The translations under genes were made by a program, and so were the position numbers. From NCBI RefSeq assembly GCF_006345805.1, contig NC_043008.1:78864001-78928000 (forward strand): 64,000 bases of DNA, written 5' to 3'. This stretch comes from Octopus sinensis. Its lineage: Eukaryota. The notes under the pieces were generated by a model. That model was not told the DNA's origin. It did not search any database and saw nothing but the letters and a program-made list of their open reading frames with translations. Shown in pieces: positions 38,920 to 49,854 of the stretch (position 1 is the first letter of the stretch; each line of letters begins with the position of its first letter).

Positions 38920-39560
38920 TAGTTAGTTAGTTAGTTAATTTGGCTCAAAAGCAAATAGCAAGGCCATGTAGGGGGACATGGAGTTAAGTACAGGGTGGTG
39001 TTCATGTAAAGAGTTCAGGCCACTTGAGGTCAAGGGAGACTTTGAACAAAGTGGTCGTCGGCATCTTCACCATCTTGTCTGGCAGCTTGTTCCACGGATC
39101 CGCAACCCGGACGGAGAAAGCTCCTCTCAGTCGATTGAGATGAAATCGTCGCAGGTAGAGCTTTTCGGAATGACCCCACAGCCGACGCTCTGGAGCAGGA
39201 GTGAGGAACAGCTCTTTTGAGAGGTTACACTTTCCGCTTATGATGTTGTGAGCGAGAATGAGATCACCACGACGGCAGCGTTTTTCTAGAGAATAAAGGT
39301 CGAGCGTCCTCAGCCTTTCTTCATAAGACAAATTTTTGAGACCATGAAGCATGCAGGTAGCCAGCTTCTAGACTCTTTCGAGATGCTGTATGTCTTTGAG
39401 GAAATAAGGAGAAGAGGCTTGAATCCCGTACCCCAATATGGGTCTCACCAGCGTGACATAGAGTGGTAGGAATATGGCTGCTGTGAGCATTCCGAATGAC
39501 CGTCGAATCAAGAACAGAATTCCGCGTGCTTTGTTGACAGCATGGACGCACTGGGCTGAA
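38915..39560 (-). mobile_element. CR1-group LINE 3' fragment with (TAAC)n tail
   Basis: ORFs 39368-39595 ([13 protein letters not shown]...LVRPILGY...LERV) and 39002-39352 (LSYEERL..LDLYSLEKRCRRGDLI...WNKLP). Confidence 0.85.
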
Positions 39561-39564
39561 GGAT

Positions 39565-41315
<1,751 letters not shown>

Positions 41316-41504
41316 ATATATATATATATATATAAATATATATATACATCCACACACATGCACCCCACATATATACACATATATATAAGTATGTATGCAT
41401 GTATGTATATCTTTTATTTTTTATATAATTGGTGGTGCACTTAATTGGTGTGCCTTAATTTTAGCATAAAGTGGGATATAATGCATAAAGCTCAACCATA
41501 TACT

Positions 41505-42635
41505 AAAATGCTTACAATATTAACCCAGAAATGAAATTTTTAAAAATAGTGGAACATGTGTAAAAAAATGTGTAGGAAACGAATATGAAAACAAAAATGC
41601 ATGTAAAACAATGGGTGGGTGGGAGAGAACTTTGACAAATTCATAAGATCCGAGTTTTTCACCCATAACTTTGAGGAAAATTAATATCTTTTAGTGAAAT
41701 TTTATATAAATACCTTTCAAAAGGCATACATTATGATTATAAAGAAATTTATGTGGAAAATCTTGGGGTGGCGAGAGGACTTTCGGAAAATTCACAAGAT
41801 CCAATTTTTTCCCTCGTAACTTTTAGGAAAATGAATATCTTTTAATGAAATTATATATAAATATCTTTCAAATGATGTGCATTACGGATGCCTAATGTGC
41901 CGCAAAAGTGCACCTTTACCATAATTAGGAATCTAGAGAAATTTTTTCAAATAAATGCATTTTTGAAGGTGAGGTGCGAAACTGCATTAGCTACCTTTCT
42001 TTACCTATATTTTAAGATAACATTTTGCAGAAATATGTTTTCTAGAGTGTGGATTACATTAGATTGAAAATTCAAACAAGTTTGAAAAGAATAATAAGTG
42101 AAAATGCTAAAGTTATAAAAATTAGTGGTAACTAAGTCTGAACAGAAGAGCGAAAGAATCATACAAAATCCTTATAAAAATCACGTTAGTGTTTGTGTAT
42201 GTGTGAAACAAGTAAAAGTATAATATTAAAACAAAATATCTTTTGCATACTTCTTTAAAATCACTGGATATATTAATCCCAGATTGCAGATTGAGCATAT
42301 TAGGTCACCGTAATTCATTCATCAATAAAAGGATAAAAATTTTCCAATAATTCCGGTTCTACCCACCCACCCTTTTTCCAAACAGAAATAATGGTTTGCA
42401 GCATATTAGGGATCCATGCCGTTTAAAAGGTATTTATACACAATGTCATTCAAAAAAACCCATTTTCCTAAAAGTTATGAGGGAAAAACTCGGATCTTGT
42501 GAATTTTCCGAAGTCCTCTCCACCTACCCACCCAGTTGCTTTGTGTGCTTTTTTGTTTCCATATGTGTTTCCTACACATTTTTTACACCCGTTGCACTAT
42601 CATTTTTTATTTCATTTCCAGGTAATATTGTAAAT
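41505..42635. mobile_element. Non-coding element with long terminal inverted repeats (MITE/foldback-like)
   Basis: 41510-41690 is the approximate reverse complement of 42460-42632; internal ~145-bp tandem duplication at 41635-41880. Confidence 0.6.
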
Positions 42636-43333
42636 AACCTTAAATTTATATAGGGTGCTGTGCAGATATGAAAAACTGATTGCATAAACCACCTCTCATC
42701 TTTTAGACTTAGACATAAGGCCAGAAGCATATCCTTATGTGCTACTGGGAGCTCAAGGATAATAATATTAAATTTAGCATAAAGTGAGATGTAATGCATA
42801 GAGTTCAACCATACACAAATGGCTGATATGGGTGTAGACTATGTTGTATGGAGATGTATGAAATATTCAAATATAATGACAACTTAATAATAAATGGGAT
42901 CCTAGGGTTTCGTGTGTTCATTAGATCAGCCATACCTTTAAATAGCCCCACTGTAACTTTGGTGACATCATTACTCCCTGTACCCTATCCTTTACAACTT
43001 ATTCCATTTAATATTAAAACCTGATTAGTAATATGAATTCGTGACCCTTCAGCCCCTATAATCACTTCTATCTAACTAACTTTTCTGTATAGCTAACCTT
43101 TATGTCTAGATAACTTGTCTGTCTGGATATTTATTCTCTACCTTAATTCTTTCACACCTTTACATCTTGATAACTTTTTTGTCTAACTATTACATCTAGA
43201 TGATGTAAAGGTATGAATTATAATACCCTTAGATTGTCTATGGTGTTTAGAACCTTATGGATTAAACCCAAAAATTGTACATAGCAAATAACCTAACCCC
43301 TTCCCCTGGGAGCATGTGTATTCCACTGGTATT

Positions 43334-43408
<75 letters not shown>

Positions 43409-43984
43409 TCTCAAGACAAAGCAGAGCCTCTGCATTTAAGGGAATGGATATGCTGTGTGTAACTTTCCTTGAGCTCACTGGTTGTCATGCCCATGCAGTT
43501 TCTTGTGATGCCATTGGTTGGTGTGAGAGTGTATCTGTAGACAACAACCCTTGAGAGGTATGAACCTCCCAGCAGGCAGCTGGTAGGATTTTGAGAATTA
43601 CAGATTGGGGTTGGGGGCTGTGTGTGTGCATATTTGTATTTGTTGTAACATGTAGTGTTACAAGTGATGTTTCTAAGCTCACCTCCATATTATATGAGTT
43701 GAAAAGCTTACAATAATTGTGATCCCAGAGAAATGTTTCTTGACCAACAACTGGAAGTTGCTAGCTATTTTGATAGAAAATTCTAGGTTAAATGGATGAT
43801 TAAATCAGATTATTTTTCTCTTTCTGATCCTCTTTGTGCCCATATATGCTAACTTCTCAGGAAATCTGCTCCTCGCTAATGCCTCATTGTATTATCTTCA
43901 ATAGGGATGACCCTATTGGCTGAAAGCTTAGAGATTCTTCTGCAAATGCTTGAAACTAGGTTTCTATATGCAGCAAGTACTTAC

Positions 43985-44076
43985 CCATGACAGTGCATTT
44001 GTATACCATGTTGAATCTTCTGCATCAGGCTTGCAGTGAGCAGTCGGTCCCAGACCTGCAGTTGCAGCTACTTGTT
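43985..44076 (-). CDS. Candidate exon of M13 peptidase: (K)QVAATAGLGPTAHCKPDAEDSTWYTNALSW
   Basis: TGG|GTAAGT donor, CTAAC branch-like motif and CTTAG acceptor; 92 nt, phase 1 to 0, which bridges the TM exon (ends phase 1) and stalk exon (starts phase 0). No homology support; two other in-phase AGs (44056, 44085 region) are possible. Confidence 0.5.
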
Positions 44077-44149
44077 CTAAGATGACTAGTTAGAGAGAGG
44101 GATGAAGTAGTGCTATTTGCAGACAAGTTAAAGGCTAGGGTTGTATTAC

Positions 44150-46093
44150 GTGATTGGTTCATGTTATTGTTACTCAATGCTGGACATGTAAGAATTTCAC
44201 GTGGCATTTTCCAGGGTAACTCTCTATCACCACTCTTCTTTTGTTTAGCCTTAATACCTCTCTCGAAATCGCTCAATGATGTATAATATGGCTATAAAAT
44301 GTTTGATAAAAATATAAATCATCTCTTTTACATGGATAATTTAAAGCTCTTTACAAAAAATGACCAACAACTACAGGGCTTACTAGCGATTGTTAAACAA
44401 TTCATCAGGATGCATCAGGATGCACTTTGTCATCAGGATGACACCAGGATGCACTTTAGCCTCAATAAATGTGCAAAAGCTACCTTTATCAAAGGAAAAA
44501 ATTACAGAAACATCCAACATTAATCTTGACCAGAAGAATGTCATAAAGGAGTTAGAACAAACGGAGAGCTACAAATATCTGGGGGTATTTGAAGGTGATG
44601 GAATCAAACATGCAATGATGAGAGAAAAGATCATAAGAGAATGTTATCACAGAGTAAGGGCAATACTCAAAACAGAGCTGAATGCAAGAAACAGGATTGA
44701 AGTGATCAATACTTTAGCCATACCAGTCGCGACTTACAGTTTTAATATCATTAACTGATCAAGTACTGAAATATGTAATCTTAACAGAAAAATACGAAAA
44801 TTGTTGACAATGCATAGAATGCACTACCCTAAGGCAGATATAGAACGACCTTACTTGCAAAGAAAAGAGTGTGGCCATGAACTTTTACAACTGGAATCAA
44901 CAATGAAGATTGCCACAATTGGCTTAAACACCTACCTGAAAAACTCTAACTGGATGTTAAAACTTATCTTAAAGCATGAAAACAAGAAAGCATCATACTC
45001 AGTAGCAAAATAAGCAAAGGAATATCTAAGTGAATTCCAAATACAAAATATCCCAGAATTAGTCATACAAGAAACAAGCACAGAAAAAACTAAGCATATG
45101 AAAACCCGTACTAAAACTACTACCTTAGACATTCATATTGATAAATGGCAAGAAAAACCTCTCTATGGCAAATACCCAAAGAGAGCTAATGATGCCAATG
45201 TTGACAAAGCCCTTACCCATTAACGCATAGTATCTTCTCACTTAAAATCAGAAACAGAAGGGTTTATCACAGCAGCCTAAGATCAATGCTTACCTACAAA
45301 GAGCTACCAGGCCAACATACCAGGCAGTAGCCCAACATGCTGTGTATGTAAACAACAAAATGAAACCACTGATCATGTTGTCTCCATGTGCAACCTTCTT
45401 GCATCTTCAGAGTATCTCAACAGGCATGATAGAGCAGCACAATATATTCACTGGGTATTATGCAAAGACCTGGACCTGCCCCATGATAAAAGCTGGTGGG
45501 AACACAAGCCACTTCCAGTGCTTGAATGTGATCACATCTCACTCCTTTGGAACGTCACCATTCAAACTGACAGAAAGATAAATGCAAATAGTCCAGACAT
45601 TATATTGAAAAACTTCAGACAAAAATCATGCCTCCTCATTGATATGGTTGTCCCAATCGACATAAATGTATCTGTCAAGGCCTACCAAAAACTGAGCAAG
45701 TATAAAGATCTTGAAATAGAAATTGGCAAAATGTGGAACCTCATGAATAAAACAATACCTGTTGTCATAGGTGCCTTAGGATGATAGCAAAAGGGGCTGA
45801 TCCTTACCTGGCTCAGATACTAGGAAACCCCAAAATGGTATAAATTCAAATGATAGTACTCATGGAAACTGCCCATATCCTAAGTAAAATACTATCTATG
45901 TAATCTCAAATTTTAAAACAAACTCATAATTTTCATATGTTTTCTTAAACATTCTCTAGAACAATACTATATGCAAAACCAAATATATGACACCCTAGAT
46001 ATAACACCAACTTGAACTTTGAACTTGTTGTCTCTTGCAGTCACTGGGGGCGACTTGGAGTCAACTTGTACAAATACAAAGCAAAAGTCAAAC

Positions 46094-46097
<4 letters not shown>
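44150..46097 (+). mobile_element. R4/Dong-like LINE (family B), 5'-truncated, ending in (TAA)n
   Basis: [58 protein letters not shown]...KLSKYKDL. Confidence 0.85.
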
Positions 46098-46138
<41 letters not shown>

Positions 46139-46148
46139 TAATAATAAT

Positions 46149-47055
46149 CTCAACAATGGCTGAGAAGCTCTGGACTCAAAGCAGAAACTGAAGGATTTTT
46201 AATCACAGCAACAGACCAAAGTTTTCCCACCAAAAATTACCAAAGTTTACCAAAAACATGTAATGAAAAGAAATACTAGTTACTGCAGGATACAATAAAT
46301 CATATTGTCCCTGGCTTCCCAGTCCTGGCTAAGAAGGAATGTATTCACAAACATGAGAGAGTTGGGACCTATATACAGTGGAAGCTATGTCAACACTATG
46401 GAATAACAAAAGAAAAAGATGGTATAGGCATATGCCAAAAAAAGGTCAAAGGAAATGAGAAAGCAACCATACTATGGGATATGTTAATACACTCAGATAG
46501 AGAAATTAAGGCCAATATGCTAGATATATAGGGTGATTCAAAAGTCACCATACATAGAAAAAGTTTATTTTTTTATAAGAAACAGTTAAATAAAAAAACT
46601 GTTTCTTATAAAAAAAATAAATTATTCTTATGTATGGTGACTTTTGAATCACCCTGTAGTTGTCAGAGATCATGAAGAAAAAAAGTGCTTTCTAATTCAA
46701 TACCAACAGATGACAATATTTATCTAAAAGAAACAGATTAACTTTCAAAATACAAAGATCTGGAAATGGAGGTAACTCGAATGTGGAGTCTAAAAACAGA
46801 AACAATTCCTATTATACTAGGCACATTAAGTATGATAACAAAATATTCAGACAAATACATAACAAAACCAGCAGGACTAACAAGTATATATAACATACAG
46901 AAAATAGCACTACTAGGTACTACACACATCCTACGTAAAACACTTTCAATACAGTAAAAATAAGAGAATCACAACAAACCACAGCACATACCCAAGTCAC
47001 ACAGAGCAGCTCTCGGTAGTGCAGTGAAAGCATGTGATAAAAATAAGACTCCTGA
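46149..47055 (+). mobile_element. Dong-like family A 3' fragment between (TAA)n runs, interrupted by a MITE
   Basis: QQWLRSSGLKAETEG start; ORF 46766-46957 matches 11130-11311. Confidence 0.85.
46529..46656. mobile_element. 128-bp hairpin MITE (Tc1/mariner-type ends)
   Basis: (T/C)AGGGTGATTCAAAAGTCACCATACATA termini, ~59-bp arms, TA duplication; removing it restores the host LINE frame LDIVV. Confidence 0.9.
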
Positions 47056-47057
47056 AA

Positions 47058-47121
<64 letters not shown>

Positions 47122-47159
47122 GTGATGATGATGATAATAAATCCCTTAAAATTTGAAAT

Positions 47160-47410
47160 AGGAAAAATTTGGAGTATGAAAACTGTAAAGGTCATACATT
47201 GGGAACAGTAAACAATGATATAGGCAAATGGCTGAAGGAGATTGGAATATAATGCCCTGCAAGGCTCCTACAGGAAGTTTGTCTCTTAGGGACAGCAAGG
47301 ATTATCAGGAGGGGTTTGAGCACTTCAAAGGTTACTGTGGATAACTAAGGTTACAGGTAGTAACCTGCTTAAGTCCTATCAGGAATAAAACCAAATCAGA
47401 GTCAAACCAA
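47160..47410 (+). mobile_element. 3' end of a third RLE-type LINE family ending in (TAA)n
   Basis: KIWSMKTVKV...GKWLKEIGI...LLQEVCLLGTARIIRRGL. Confidence 0.65.
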
Positions 47411-47434
47411 ATAATAATAATAAATGATAATTTA

Positions 47435-48095
47435 TAAAGATTGATGTAACTCTTCATGAAGGTAAACAGACAACAAGAAGAGCACAATGTGGTTTGTAAT
47501 AGATTGTTTATTTAACAGTTTGAACAATATTTCAACAGATCGTTTGTCTTCTTCATGTTCAAAATGTAAAATGAGAATACTACAGAAATGCAGAAATTCA
47601 AAATATAAACCAAGAAATTAAACATTCCTATTTTGATAGAATGAAATCATCAGTTTTCACTTTCATAACTGTTAATAATAAGGAGGAGGAGGAGGAGGAA
47701 GGGGGAGGAGGACATTTAGTCAAACAGCTTTTTGTAAATGTGATGAAATTCCCCTGTCATTTCATTCATTCATCCAGGGTGTGATGTTAGTAATTCACAA
47801 AAATATTTGTCCTCATGCATTTTGAGGACTAAAAGTGTAGTAGATTCAGAATATTTTCTGAGCATGTGCACTTCCGGGTTTTCCTCAAAACTGCAACTGT
47901 TTGATGTAAAATGTTCTGAAAGTTCTGTCAAACTACTGTTATTATGCCTGACATCATACCTATGCCTTTGAATTTTTTTGTTTAATTGTTATTTAATACA
48001 ACCAACACAAACCAAGTTGTGTTTGGTGCATTCTGCTGTGTAAACCAAATGGGAATCTTTACATGCCGTACCTGTATAAATCATAACATTTCTGT
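47435..48095 (-). mobile_element. Penelope-like element, inverted copy of the 3' portion
   Basis: Approximate reverse complement of ~48730-49370. Confidence 0.7.
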
Positions 48096-48099
48096 TTTT

Positions 48100-49375
48100 C
48101 AAAAGCTAGTGTTGAGGTTTTGGACACAAAAGTTAAGTTTTCTAGAGGCAGAATAGTAAAAGTTATTTTGCAAACTCACATCATCCCACATTTACTTTCA
48201 CCACCACTCTGATCATCCACATTATATAATTCAGTCAAATCTGAAATCCCAATTTTTGAGGATAAAATAGATTTGTACTTATGTAAGGGGAGTACTGGAA
48301 ACATGCAAATGCTTTTGTACACTATTATGTCAAACACGGTTACAGTGAATCATGATTAAAGGAAATTGCAAATGATATGGCAAAAATTAGCCAGAAAAGT
48401 CAAACTTACATGCATAAAATATGTGATAGAGTTCCTTTAGTGATTAACTGGCACCGAAATTTCGCTGGCATTTCAAAGGTGTTACATGAAAGTTACCAGC
48501 ATATTACAGAAAAATATTCTCATTTCAAACAAATATTCCCCCAGTCACCTATTGTAGCCTTTAGATGGAATAAAAATACAGGAGAAATATTAACCTTTAC
48601 TTCTGACTCAAAGGAAACTAACACTGGAGTTTCTGAATTCTGTACCTTGAAAAACAGCCATAAGCCCTGTTCATTGTGCAACATGAGCCAAGTCAATTCC
48701 ATCACAGATCATAACAGAAATAATATGACTTATATAGAAGGTGGGACGTGTAAAGATTCTCATTCAGTATACACAGCAGAATGCACCAGACACAACTTGG
48801 TTTATGTTGATTGTACAACATAACAATTAAACAAAAGATTCAGTAGGCACAGATATGATGTCAGTAGTTCAACAAAACTTGCCAAACATTTTATATCAAG
48901 TGGTTACAATTTTGAGCAAAACCTGTAAGTACACATTCTCAAAAAATATCCTGACTCTACTACACTTTCAGTCCTCAAAATGCATGAGGACAAATATTTT
49001 TGTGAGTTATTAACATCATACCTTGGAGGAATGAATAAAATGATAGGGGAATTTCATCACATTTACTCAAAACTATTCGACTAAATATTTGTTTCTATTT
49101 TTTCTTTCTTTTCCTTTTTTCTTTTTTCTTCCTTTTTCTTTTTGCCAGTTGCAAAATTGAAGACTAAAGAAAACATCCCGTTAAAGTGCAAATGCAGGAT
49201 CTCCTCATTCAAACTTTTGAATTTGAATTTCTGTGTTCATTTTACATTTTGAACTTGAAAAAACAGGTAAGCTGTTGAAATATCATTTAAACCAATAAAC
49301 AATCTATTTCAATCACATTGCACACTTCGTATTGTCTATTTACCTTTGTGAAGAGTTACGTCAATCCTATAAAAC
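48100..49375 (+). mobile_element. Penelope-like element fragment: RT C-terminus, GIY-YIG endonuclease, 3' UTR
   Basis: SVEVLDTK (FLD-like), VPLVINWH, C-x-C linker, SVYTAECTRHNLVYVDCTT.QLNKRFSRHRY (GIY-YIG-like). Confidence 0.8.
49249..49290 (+). ncRNA. Minimal type I hammerhead ribozyme motif, near-intact
   Basis: TTGAAC / TTGAAAA / AACAG-gtaag-CTGTT / GAAA / ATAT palindrome / C17 / ATTTAA; one mismatch and one wobble in stem I. Confidence 0.55.
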
Positions 49376-49441
49376 AATAATCATAATAATAATAATATAT
49401 ATATATATATATATCTTTCTCCTCCTCTCTCTCTCTCCATA

Positions 49442-49840
49442 TAGAGAGACTTAGTAATTTTAATATTTCTATTATTGAAAACAAGTGGATGTATTCCACT
49501 GAAACTAGGTAAATAGATTCTTCGAACAGGGACAGTCAGTAGCGACACCTGCTGGGTCTGACTACGCTGCATTGATAAAGGGCAAATACCCTGAAACATG
49601 TCTGCAGCTGTCTGACTGGCAGGATGAAGCGGCTGACCTCCCCTGTTCGAAGGCTTATAATGGACGCAGTTTGTGTGTCAAATAGCTAGCTTGAGGCGGT
49701 GGCCTCATGGAGCTAATCAGCAACAGCTTTAGTCTTATATTTATAAGACTGCCATATTAGTATGGCGATAACTATTAATTTCCAGTAACGCTGCCATAAT
49801 CTCCTTTAGAGAGACTTAATAATTTTAATATTTCTATTAT
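49442..49840 (+). mobile_element. Non-coding retrozyme/mini-Penelope-like unit (~365-nt period)
   Basis: Terminal direct repeat TAGAGAGACTTA(G/A)TAATTTTAATATTTCTATTAT at 49442 and 49807; internal hammerhead; related partial copy at 39873-41315. Confidence 0.65.
49566..49608 (+). ncRNA. Minimal type I hammerhead ribozyme with U3:A8 core variant
   Basis: GCTGCA / TTGATAA / AGGG-caaata-CCCT / GAAA / C-AT-G / TC / TGCAGC: perfect 6-bp stem I, 4-bp stem II, ACATGT palindromic stem III, GUC site at 49600-49602. Confidence 0.8.
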
Positions 49841-49854
49841 ATATATATATATAT

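Noticed and set aside
49442-49845. Alternative reading as a minus-strand Helitron (CTAG at ~49506)
   Set aside because: No short GC hairpin before the CTAG and no TC start; the terminal direct repeat and hammerhead fit a Penelope/retrozyme type better, though this is not fully excluded.
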